Shown here: piece by piece, positions 38,453 to 46,852 of the stretch
Layout: the number at the start of each line of letters is the position of its first letter
Position numbering within the stretch: position 1 is the stretch's first letter
Source: Candidatus Defluviibacillus avedoerensis
Lineage (GTDB): Bacteria; Pseudomonadota; Gammaproteobacteria; Burkholderiales; Burkholderiaceae_C
Length of the DNA: 64,000 nucleotides
NCBI GenBank assembly: GCA_016703665.1
Contig: JADJBS010000006.1
Coordinates: 247,033 to 311,032 of the forward strand
Direction: 5' to 3'
Notes under the pieces: model-generated
What the model saw: only the letters and a program-made list of their open reading frames with translations
Told to the model about the DNA's origin: nothing
The model's database searches: none
Translations under genes and position numbers: made by a program

Positions 38453-39893
38453 TGAGATGGCTAAGGGGGGCACTGCTCTGCGCCTGTGGCATTGGGGCTG
38501 CAGGCAGTGGATGGGCGCAACCCACTGTGCTCCCCCCAGAGATTGAAGCGGCCATCAGCCGGGCCAAGCTTCCGAGGGATTCCCTCAGCATCGTGGTGCT
38601 GGACGCTCAAGGCCCACCTGGGCGAACAGCGGCGCGCTTGAGTCACCGGGCAAACCACAGTAACAACCCGGCGTCCGTGATGAAGCTGGTTACGACCTAT
38701 GCTGCGCTCGATCTGCTCGGCCCTGCCTACACCTGGGCAACCCCGGTCTACCTGGATGGCACGGTGCAAGGCGGCACGCTCAAGGGCAACCTGTACATCA
38801 AGGGCCAGGGGGACCCTAAACTTGTGCTGGAGCGCATTTGGTTGCTGCTGCGGCGGGTTCAGGCTTTGGGCATCCGCCAGATTGATGGCAACATTGTGCT
38901 GGACCGTTCCGGTTTCGAGGTGCCCGACACCGACGCCGCCAGCTTTGACGGCGAGCCCTTGCGGCCCTACAACGCCGCGCCCGATGCCTTGCTGCTGAAT
39001 TTCAAGTCTATTGTGCTGAGCTTCACCCCGGACCGATCCAGAAACCAGGTGAACATCAGTGTCGAGCCACCACTGGCAGGGGTGCAGATTCCCGCCAGCG
39101 TACCCTTGGGCAGCGGGGACTGCACCGATTACAGGGGTGCACTCAAAGCCGACTTCAGTGACCCGCTTCGCATCCGGTTTGGTGGCAGCTATGCCGCCGC
39201 CTGCGGCGAAAAAATCTGGCCGGTCGCCTATGTGGACCCCAAAAACTATGCTGCGCGCGCGATAGAAGGTCTATGGAAAGATCAGGGCGGCCAACTGAGT
39301 GGCAGTGTCGGTTACGGAAGGGTTCCCGCCCATTTGCGTCCGGTGTTTGAGCACTTGTCCCCCGCCTTGGCCGATGTGGTGCGCGACATCAACAAGTTCA
39401 GCAACAACGTGATGGCGCAGCAACTGCTGCTGACGCTGGGTTGGCGCATGTCGTCCCCACCTACCACCGTTGCGAGTTTTGAGGCCTCGCGTGACGTAGT
39501 CCGCCGTTGGTGGAAAGACCGCCTGCCCGATGTTGAAGCCCCGTGCTGGAAAACGGCTCAGGCCTGTCCCGCCAGGAGCGCATTCAACCCTTGGCGCTGG
39601 CCCAGATGCTGCAAAGCGCGTATCAATCGCCCGTCATGTCAGAGTTGCTTTCATCATTGCCAATTGTGGGTGTTGATGGCACCTTGAGGCGCAGCAAAGC
39701 CCGCACTGCCCAAGGCGCTGCCCATCTCAAGACAGGCAGCCTGCGTGATGTGGCCGCCATCGCGGGATATGTATTGGGTAACAGTGGCAAGCGCTATGTG
39801 CTGGTGGCCATTGCTAACCATTCCTCGCCGGGCGTAGTCAACGCAGCCCGACAGGTTTTTGATGCGCTGATCGAGTGGACTCAGGCTGACTGA
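38452..39893 (+). pseudogene. dacB: D-alanyl-D-alanine carboxypeptidase/endopeptidase PBP4 (DacB) with the reading frame broken once
   Basis: Signal peptide '[24 protein letters not shown]' and SxxK motif 'NPASVMKLVTT'. The C-terminal part ('LENGSGLSRQERI..HLKTGSL..IAGYV') continues in another frame from 39543. Adding one C to CCCC 39539-39542 restores 'DVEAPVLENGSG'. Confidence 0.75.
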
Positions 39894-39911
39894 GTCAGGC
39901 TCAGCTTTTTT
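39885..39911 (+). terminator. Weak rho-independent terminator overlapping the dacB stop
   Basis: CTGAG-TCAGG-CTCAG (or GCTGA..TCAGC) followed by C-T6. Confidence 0.45.
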
Positions 39912-39932
39912 GCACTCTTTTCTATCGTTCCC

Positions 39933-40199
39933 ATGCCCTTATCGATGACTGACCTGATTGGCTACCTGGCTGCATGCCTTACGACCTTCAGCTTTGTGCC
40001 ACAGGCCTGGCTGACCTTCCGGACCAAAGACGTCAGCGGTATTTCGTTGGGAATGTACAGCGTCTTCACACTCGGAATCTCACTGTGGCTGGCCTACGGT
40101 CTGATGCTGAACGCCTGGCCGATTGTGATCGCCAACGTCATCACGCTCGCCTTGTCTGTCTCGATTCTGGCCATGCGGATGCGCTACGCGCAGTCATGA
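39933..40199 (+). CDS. SemiSWEET / PQ-loop 3-TM transporter
   Basis: 88 aa, three hydrophobic helices, 'TTFSFVPQAW' PQ motif in TM1. Confidence 0.75.
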   Translation: MPLSMTDLIGYLAACLTTFSFVPQAWLTFRTKDVSGISLGMYSVFTLGISLWLAYGLMLNAWPIVIANVITLALSVSILAMRMRYAQS

Positions 40200-40243
40200 G
40201 AGGGTGCGCGCATCTGCTGCGCACCGTGGCATGGAAGAAAAGC

Positions 40244-41209
40244 TTACCAGCGCCCGCGCAGCCGCGTATAGGCATAGTTGCCAAACAACACATGAGCCGC
40301 CGGGGTGAAGTACACGCTGTCGGCGTGCAAATAGCTGTTGTAAGCCAGCCCAGTCACGATGGTCCCGGCATTGCACAGCTTGGAGTTGACCTTGCCTGTC
40401 CCAATGCCAATCCCGTTGGTACTGTCTACCGACGTGCAAACCACGGTGGAATTGTCCAGCAGGTTGTACGCTGTAGGAGAGGCATAAATCAGGTTGAAAT
40501 AATAGGCTGAATCCACATACAACACGTTGGCGCCCAGGTTCACTACCGTGACCAGGAGTTGCTCATTGAACTTGCTGCTGGCTGCGTCCAGCAGTGTGGT
40601 CTGGCCAATGGCGGTAGACCAGGCGGACCTGGACATGTTGAACACACCCGTCAGCAGCACATTCTTGGCACCTGCTGTCACTAGGCGTTGGACCTGATTA
40701 CCAAGCGCCACACCCGCTGCGGCCACGTTGGCCAGTGCCTGCGAGCTGCTTTGCGTGCCTGCCACCACGGCCATGGTCTCGGCAATGATGTCGCTGATGC
40801 CTCCGTTGATCAACACCACGTCACCAGTGGCAAAGCTGTTGCTGGCCAAAAAGCTGTCGATCTGCTGCTTGACGCTCAGTGTGGCAGCGTTACCCGCTGC
40901 ATCGGGGTTGCTGGCCACACGCGCATTGCCCTGAGCGTAGTTCGAGCCACCGGCACTTGCAGCGGTCAATGTCATGCCGTAGTTTGCGGCCATCTGCAGC
41001 GTCCAGTTGTTGACACTGCCATCGTTCACGGTAAAGCGCGAACCACCTTGCCCGATGTCACTGAGCCCGTCTCCAAAGCCAATGAAACGCTTGGGCACCA
41101 GGGCTGAATCAATCGTGCCAGACCCACAGCCTGCCAGGCTCAACGCACCGGTTGCGGCGCTTGCACCCGCAGCCAGCAAAAACCTGCGTCGCGTCGTATG
41201 TCCAGTCAT
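40244..41209 (-). CDS. Tat-signal SGNH/GDSL-fold lipoprotein with an apparently degenerate catalytic tetrad
   Basis: 'TRRRFLLAAGASA' twin-arginine signal plus lipobox 'LAGC'. Block I reads 'FGDGLSDIG', block II 'NYAQGNA', block III 'LINGGISD', block V 'ADSVYFTPAAH'. Confidence 0.7.
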   Translation of the reverse strand: MTGHTTRRRFLLAAGASAATGALSLAGCGSGTIDSALVPKRFIGFGDGLSDIGQGGSRFTVNDGSVNNWTLQMAANYGMTLTAASAGGSNYAQGNARVASNPDAAGNAATLSVKQQIDSFLASNSFATGDVVLINGGISDIIAETMAVVAGTQSSSQALANVAAAGVALGNQVQRLVTAGAKNVLLTGVFNMSRSAWSTAIGQTTLLDAASSKFNEQLLVTVVNLGANVLYVDSAYYFNLIYASPTAYNLLDNSTVVCTSVDSTNGIGIGTGKVNSKLCNAGTIVTGLAYNSYLHADSVYFTPAAHVLFGNYAYTRLRGRW

Positions 41210-41287
41210 TCGTATCTCCAGATCCGGTTCCAGGGGGTTAGTCCATAAGGGTAGGGGATAGTTTAACCACCCGGTGTGAAGGGCATG

Positions 41288-42274
41288 TCACACAGACGCA
41301 CGTTGCAGCCGATCGCGCACGCCTTCCCATTCTGGCGTGTCAGGCGGAAGCTCCACCCAGATCAGCTTGCAGCCCTGATCGTCAAAGCCACGCAGCACAC
41401 CAAAAAGCTGGTTCGCCGCTGCCAAGGCGTCGTCGGGCATGCGGCGCATATTGAGCTGTGTCGAGCGCGAACGCAACGCCGTGCGGGACCAAACACCCAC
41501 GGCAGTGGCATCGGTGTCCAGCAAATCCAGGGCAGTTTGCAGCATCTTGGCATTCATCAGCCGAACCGGGGCGTTGGGTGCGTAATGCGATTCCAGCGTG
41601 CCAGATGCGCGCGGCGCAGGCTGCGCCAAATCAGCAGCGTCCCGAACCAATTGGCCACAGGCATGCTCAATTTCGGCGCGAGTCAATATACCCGGGCGCA
41701 GCAATACAGGCTGACCTCGGGTGCAATCGACAATGGTGGACTCAATGCCCACGGCGCAGGCGCCGCCATCCAGTACCAGTAAATCATCGCCAAACTCGGA
41801 CTGGACATGTGCGGCCGTCGTTGGGCTGACGCGCCCAAACAGGTTGGCACTGGGCGCGGCCAAGCCCTGAATGCCAGCGTAAGCGCAGGCTTTGAGCAGG
41901 GCGTTCGCAACCGGGTGGGTTGGGCATCGCAGACCGACAGAATCCTGTCCGCCAGCAGACGCAGCAGCAATGCCCGGCAGCCGGGGAAGGATCAAGGTCA
42001 AAGTGCCTGGCCAAAAGGCCTGCATCAATCGCTCAGCAAATGCCGGGATGCTGTGCGCAAACTGCCTGGCCTGTTCTGCGCCATGCAAGTGAACAATCAG
42101 GGGGTGATCACTTGGCCGCCCCTTGGCCGCAAATATCTTGGCAACAGCCTGCGCACTGCAGGCGTCAGCGGCAAGACCGTACACCGTCTCGGTGGGAAGA
42201 CCGATCAATCCGCCAGCCTGCAGAACGGCCACGGCTTTGGCAAGCGAAGCGTCATCATGCCCACTGATCACCAT
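41288..42274 (-). CDS. tsaC: L-threonylcarbamoyladenylate synthase (Sua5/YrdC type, long form)
   Basis: 'GLIGLPTETVYGLAADA' signature and a length consistent with YrdC plus Sua5 C-domain. ATG 42274 avoids overlap with purK; the longest ORF starts at 42307. Confidence 0.85.
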   Translation of the reverse strand: MVISGHDDASLAKAVAVLQAGGLIGLPTETVYGLAADACSAQAVAKIFAAKGRPSDHPLIVHLHGAEQARQFAHSIPAFAERLMQAFWPGTLTLILPRLPGIAAASAGGQDSVGLRCPTHPVANALLKACAYAGIQGLAAPSANLFGRVSPTTAAHVQSEFGDDLLVLDGGACAVGIESTIVDCTRGQPVLLRPGILTRAEIEHACGQLVRDAADLAQPAPRASGTLESHYAPNAPVRLMNAKMLQTALDLLDTDATAVGVWSRTALRSRSTQLNMRRMPDDALAAANQLFGVLRGFDDQGCKLIWVELPPDTPEWEGVRDRLQRASV

Positions 42275-42287
42275 GGCTGCACGCGCC

Positions 42288-43493
42288 TCAAAACTCACCC
42301 AGCCCAAGCTGCTTGGCTACCCGCGCTGCCGTCTGGCGGACTTGCTCGATATGGGAGCCAGTGACCGTCAAATGCCCCATCTTGCGGGCACGTTTGGCTT
42401 CCAGCTTGCCATACAGGTGCAAATGAGTGCCCGGCAAGCTCAGCGACGTTGCCCAGTCCGGCTGACTTGGCACGGCAGCGTCCAGCCAAACATCGCCCAA
42501 CAAGTTGAGCATGATGGCAGGGCTGTGCAGCCGAGGCTGAGGCAGGGGCAGACCCGCCAGGGCACACACTTGCAGATCAAACTGAGAATGGTCACAGGCA
42601 TCCACGCTGTAGTGCCCGCTGTTGTGAGGGCGTGGGGCCATTTCATTGACGACCAAGCTGCCGTCTTGCAGTACAAAGAACTCTACGCACAGCACGCCCA
42701 CGTAATTCAGGCCATTCGCTATTGATTTGGTAGCTTCAATTGCTTGCTCTGATTGCTGCGAGGGGATGTTTCCATCAAAAACCTGAGTGACCGCAAGAAT
42801 GCCGTCACGATGCAAGTTGAGTTGGGGTGGGAAGTGCACGATCTGCCCATCGCGCCCACGCGCCACGATGACCGAGCATTCCGCCGCCAGCGTAAGCTTT
42901 TGCTCAAGCACGCAGCGCACTTGGCCTAGCCGCACCCAAGCCTGCGCCAAGTCAGCAAGACTGTTCACCGTGGCCTGACCTTTGCCGTCATAGCCCAGAC
43001 AGGCGGTTTTAAGTATGCCCGGGAATAGCTTTGCTGGCACCGCAGTGAGGTCGGCCGCTGACTCGATCACAGCATACGGTGCCACCGTAACGCCGCTTTC
43101 AGCGCTGAACTGCACAAAATGGGCTTTTTCGCGAACCCGGTCTTGCGCAATGGACACTGCCTGCGCCGAAGGGGCCACAGCAAGTGTCGCCGCCAGGGTG
43201 TGCAGGGTTTGAGCAGGCACGTTTTCAAATTCGGTCGTCACTGCATCACAGCAGGCAGCCAATTCGGCCAGGCCTTTGGGATCGTCATAAGCTGCCTTAA
43301 TCTGCACATGGCTCACCAGCCCCGCAGGGCTGTTGGCGTCGGGCTCCAGCACGGCGGATCGGTATCCCATGCGCTGAGCGGCATGTACAAACATACGGCC
43401 CAACTGGCCGCCGCCCACCACGCCCAAGGTCATCGGGGCACCGGTGTGGCGTGAAATTGCGCCCGGCAGCAAAGGAAAGTTCATTCCTGTCAT
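42288..43493 (-). CDS. purK: N5-carboxyaminoimidazole ribonucleotide synthase PurK
   Basis: ATP-grasp protein with 'LGVVGGGQLGRMF' near the N-terminus, directly downstream of purE. The start is uncertain (43493/43484/43433). Confidence 0.9.
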   Translation of the reverse strand: MTGMNFPLLPGAISRHTGAPMTLGVVGGGQLGRMFVHAAQRMGYRSAVLEPDANSPAGLVSHVQIKAAYDDPKGLAELAACCDAVTTEFENVPAQTLHTLAATLAVAPSAQAVSIAQDRVREKAHFVQFSAESGVTVAPYAVIESAADLTAVPAKLFPGILKTACLGYDGKGQATVNSLADLAQAWVRLGQVRCVLEQKLTLAAECSVIVARGRDGQIVHFPPQLNLHRDGILAVTQVFDGNIPSQQSEQAIEATKSIANGLNYVGVLCVEFFVLQDGSLVVNEMAPRPHNSGHYSVDACDHSQFDLQVCALAGLPLPQPRLHSPAIMLNLLGDVWLDAAVPSQPDWATSLSLPGTHLHLYGKLEAKRARKMGHLTVTGSHIEQVRQTAARVAKQLGLGEF

Positions 43494-43532
43494 CCTTCAA
43501 TCATCCCTTGTATCGGCTCTGGAATGAGCTCT

Positions 43533-44024
43533 TTAAACGGGCGGCAGCTGCATGCCACGGGCGCCTTCGGTTTGCGCCTGGCGAAAATCCTCCAAGCGCT
43601 TACGCAAGCCTTCGTTCTGGCTGGCCAACATGGCCACGGCAAAGAGCGCCGCATTGGCGGCGCCCGCCTGGCCAATCGCAAAAGTGGCCACCGGCACGCC
43701 CTTGGGCATTTGCACAATGCTGTAAAGCGAATCCATACCCGAAAGATGGCGACTGGCCACCGGCACGCCCAATACTGGCACCGTGGTTTTGGCGGCCAGC
43801 ATGCCCGGCAGGTGCGCCGCGCCGCCAGCGCCAGCAATGATGGCGAGCAGTCCTTTGGACGCTGCGCCTTCGGCATAGGCAAACATGTCATCTGGCATGC
43901 GGTGTGCGGAAACCACCCTGGCCTCGTGCGGGATATCGAACTGCTGAAGGATTTGTACGGCTTGTTGCATGGTGTCCCAGTCTGAACTGGAGCCCATCAC
44001 AACGCCAATCAGGGGAGTGGTCAT
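43533..44024 (-). CDS. purE: N5-CAIR mutase PurE
   Basis: 'GVVMGSSSDWDTM', 'VVSAHRMPD', 'IIAGAGGAAHLPGM'. Confidence 0.95.
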   Translation of the reverse strand: MTTPLIGVVMGSSSDWDTMQQAVQILQQFDIPHEARVVSAHRMPDDMFAYAEGAASKGLLAIIAGAGGAAHLPGMLAAKTTVPVLGVPVASRHLSGMDSLYSIVQMPKGVPVATFAIGQAGAANAALFAVAMLASQNEGLRKRLEDFRQAQTEGARGMQLPPV

Positions 44025-44177
44025 AGGATGCTTACCTTGGCCCGCAAAAAGCCGGGGGTCGATTAACGTGGAATCTGGTGAGGTGTCGGGACGTGTCTGC
44101 CCGTAAACTCAAGCCTTGCCCGGTATAAAACCTGGCGACAAGTTGAATTTTAAGGTTTCACGCCCCATTTGAGCGCC

Positions 44178-45134
44178 ATGATTGATGTAAACATCCAAAA
44201 CTTTGAGACCGAGGTGATCGCAGCCTCGATGGAGATCCCCGTCCTGGTGGATTTTTGGGCACCCTGGTGTGGCCCCTGCAAATCGCTTGGACCCATTCTG
44301 GAAAAGCTGGAAGCTGATTACGCGGGACGCTTCAAACTCGTCAAGATCAACTCTGACGACGAGCAGCAACTCGCTGCCGCTTTTGGCATCAAAAGCATTC
44401 CGACCTGCATATTGCTGATGAATGGTCAGCCTGTAGACGGCTTTGCCGGCGCCTTGCCCGAGGGTAAGCTGCGAGCGTTTTTGGACAAACACGTGCCGAG
44501 CGCGGACGCGTTGGAGGCCGAAGCCGAAGCTGCCGAGGCGGATGCTTTGATGGCGTCTGGCGACACTGAGGCTGCGCTCGCCAAGCTGGCCGAAGCACTC
44601 GCAGCCAACCCTGCCAATGACGATGTGCGATATGACTACGCCAAATTGCTGATTGGGCTGGGCGGGTTCGAAGAAGCCCACGCAGCACTTGCACCGGCTT
44701 TGGCACAAATTCCTAGACAAATTCGCTTCGAAGCGCTTGCGCAGTGGATGGGGGCCATGGAATTCGTTCACCAGGACGAGCGCGGCAACTGGTCGATTGA
44801 GCAATTCGACGCGGCCATTGCCGCCAACAAGCGCGACTTTGACACCCGCTATGCGAAGGCGCGCTGCCTGTTCGCTGAAGGGCAGATGACTGCGGCCATG
44901 GACGAATTGCTGGAAATCATCATGCGCGACAAAAAATGGAGCGACGAAGCTGCTCGCAAGACCTTTGTCGCTATCCTGGAGTTGATGACGCCGCTCAAAC
45001 CCAAGGCATCGCCAGAAACCCACGGCAAAACCTCAGGTGGCATAGAGCTGGCAGGTAAAGCTGCCATGACCGAAGACCCGCAATCCGCCCTGGTGTCCAG
45101 CTACCGCCGCAAGTTGAGCATGATGCTGAACTGA
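44178..45134 (+). CDS. Thioredoxin-domain plus TPR-like co-chaperone (YbbN/CnoX architecture)
   Basis: 'VLVDFWAPWCGPCKSLGP' thioredoxin motif followed by a helical TPR-like C-domain. ATG 44178; the longest ORF starts at TTG 44169. Confidence 0.8.
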   Translation: MIDVNIQNFETEVIAASMEIPVLVDFWAPWCGPCKSLGPILEKLEADYAGRFKLVKINSDDEQQLAAAFGIKSIPTCILLMNGQPVDGFAGALPEGKLRAFLDKHVPSADALEAEAEAAEADALMASGDTEAALAKLAEALAANPANDDVRYDYAKLLIGLGGFEEAHAALAPALAQIPRQIRFEALAQWMGAMEFVHQDERGNWSIEQFDAAIAANKRDFDTRYAKARCLFAEGQMTAAMDELLEIIMRDKKWSDEAARKTFVAILELMTPLKPKASPETHGKTSGGIELAGKAAMTEDPQSALVSSYRRKLSMMLN

Positions 45135-45164
45135 AGCCACTGGCTTTGTCGACTCCAATGCAAA

Positions 45165-45192
45165 ACAGGCCCCGTCGGGCCTGTTTGGTTTT
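45165..45192. terminator. Bidirectional rho-independent terminator
   Basis: ACAGGCCC-CGTC-GGGCCTGT flanked by AAAA (5') and TTGGTTTTT (3'), between convergent genes. Confidence 0.75.
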
Positions 45193-45212
45193 TGGGAGAC
45201 CGCTGGTTACGC

Positions 45213-45656
45213 TCAATCGCCCTCTTTTTCTTCCAGCACCAGTTTGCCTTCACGCACTTCACGTACACGGTACAAGCCTCGGTGTGCTTTCTGGCCCTTG
45301 GCCAGCTTGGCTTGCCACGAACGGCCACGGTAAGTGATGTCCACGCTGTCACCCGTGTCCCACTGAGACACGTGCACCACATCGCCATCGTCACCCATGA
45401 TGGAATACCGGGATTCTTCGGCCTCTTGCAGCTCCTGGCCTTTGTCAGACCGGCGCAGCCACAACATGGCACCACCACCAACCAGCAAAAAGCCCATCAC
45501 CTGACCCACGACACCAAAACCCATCCAGGACAGCAACGCCGCAGTGCCAAAACCCAATGCCACGGTCATTAAGGTGAACGTTCGTGTCAACATCTCTAGA
45601 AAGATGGCCACCATCGCTAACACCAACCAGAACATCAGACTGCCGCTCATATACAT
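45213..45656 (-). CDS. NfeD-family membrane protein
   Basis: N-terminal TM helices plus a C-terminal OB-like 'VHVSQWDTGDSVDITYRGRSWQAKL'. No SPFH/stomatin partner is adjacent. Confidence 0.75.
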   Translation of the reverse strand: MYMSGSLMFWLVLAMVAIFLEMLTRTFTLMTVALGFGTAALLSWMGFGVVGQVMGFLLVGGGAMLWLRRSDKGQELQEAEESRYSIMGDDGDVVHVSQWDTGDSVDITYRGRSWQAKLAKGQKAHRGLYRVREVREGKLVLEEKEGD

Positions 45657-45779
45657 ACCCCTTGACTTACCCGAGTATCTGTGAAGTGGGTCACGGATAG
45701 ATCAGATTTGATGTGAAAAATACCACATATTGGGTAGGTGTATTCCCATTTTGGTCAAGTTTTGCAAAAAATCCTTATG

Positions 45780-46575
45780 TCATTCATCGGCTGAACGAGT
45801 CATTAAGGACACGTTACCCCCAGCAGCCGTCGTGTTCGTACACACGGTTTGCTCGGCGCAAAACCGATACAGATAATGTGGGCCACCTGCTTTGGGGCCG
45901 GTTCCGGTCAAGCCTTCTCCACCAAAGGCTGCAAACCAACCACTGCTCCAATTGTGTTGCGATTAACATGCATGCCACGCTGCCCGCGCCAGCTGGGCCG
46001 CGCGGCTGTCGATACGGGTTTGAATCCCCATCGTCAAGCCGTAACCCAACTGGTTGATGGCTTCTATCACAACCATGGGGTCTGACAGATCACCAGCCCC
46101 CAACGCGCCACGTGCAGCACCGGCCCAAATATCTCCTGGCGAACGCTGTGAATACCCGCAACTTCAAACGCCTGAGGAACCAGCAGGTGCGGACAGGCGG
46201 CACCCGGTGCCGCTGGCTGCAGAAGTTGCGCGGCTTCTGTCTGCAAACGCTGCACATGCTGGGTGATGCCTGCAAAAGCCTGCGCGTCAATCACTGGCCC
46301 TACGTCGGTGGCAAGGAAGGCAGGGTCGCCACAGCTCAGCTCAGCTGCAGCGCCTTGAATCATCTCGATCACGTTGTCGGCAATCGCCTCGTGCAGCACC
46401 AGCAGGCGCAGCGCCGAGCAGCGTTGCCCGTGGCCAAAGCCGCCGCCACTTGGCCCATGAAAACAGCCAGAGGAAAGTCAGGGGTGAGAACCCAGCCCAA
46501 AGAAAACCAACGTATTGTCCCCTGCACGCCAAAGCCCACCACACAGGCAGCAACAAGCCCCGGGAGAACCCGCTG
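45780..46575 (-). pseudogene. putA: Decayed remnant of the PutA aldehyde-dehydrogenase (P5C dehydrogenase) domain
   Basis: Fragments in shifting frames: 'PDFPLAVFMGQVAAALATGN', 'RCSALRLLVLHEAIADNVIEMIQGAAAEL..TDVGPVIDAQA..EIFGPVLHV', 'VIEAINQLGYGLTMGIQTRID', 'HVNRNTIGAVVGLQP', 'GGEGLTGTGPKAGGPHYLYRF..NTTAAGGNVSLM' and then the stop at 45780-45782. The N-terminal proline-dehydrogenase part is absent. Confidence 0.75.
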
Positions 46576-46610
46576 AACCCCTAATGGCGGGTTTTATGGT
46601 GTTTTTTTAG

Positions 46611-46841
46611 GGGTTTTTTGACCACCACCCCAATGTGTTTGAGCAGTCCCCCAGGTGGACGAGCATGGAATGCCACGTGGTGGCGGGCGGGTTTGACTAC
46701 CTGCTCAAGACCCGCATGGCCGACATGGCTGCCTACCGTGAATTTGCGGGCACCGTCCTATGGCAGTTGCCGTGTGTGCGTGAGACCCGCACCTATGCGG
46801 TGATGGAAGAGGTGAAGGATTCTTCGCGGCTGGCCCTTTGA
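46611..46841 (+). pseudogene. C-terminal fragment of an Lrp/AsnC-family regulator (PutR-like)
   Basis: Only the ligand-binding end 'ECHVVAGGFDYLLKTRMADMAAYREFAGTVLWQLPCVRETRTYAVMEEVKDSSRLAL' is present. The frame opens right after TAG 46608-46610. No HTH part is present. Confidence 0.6.
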
Positions 46842-46852
46842 CTGGGCGCCTT

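Noticed and set aside
46112-46576. The 154-aa plus-strand ORF and other small ORFs across 45713..46576.
   Set aside because: They are antisense or out-of-frame readings of the putA remnant. The only family-like peptide strings are on the minus strand.
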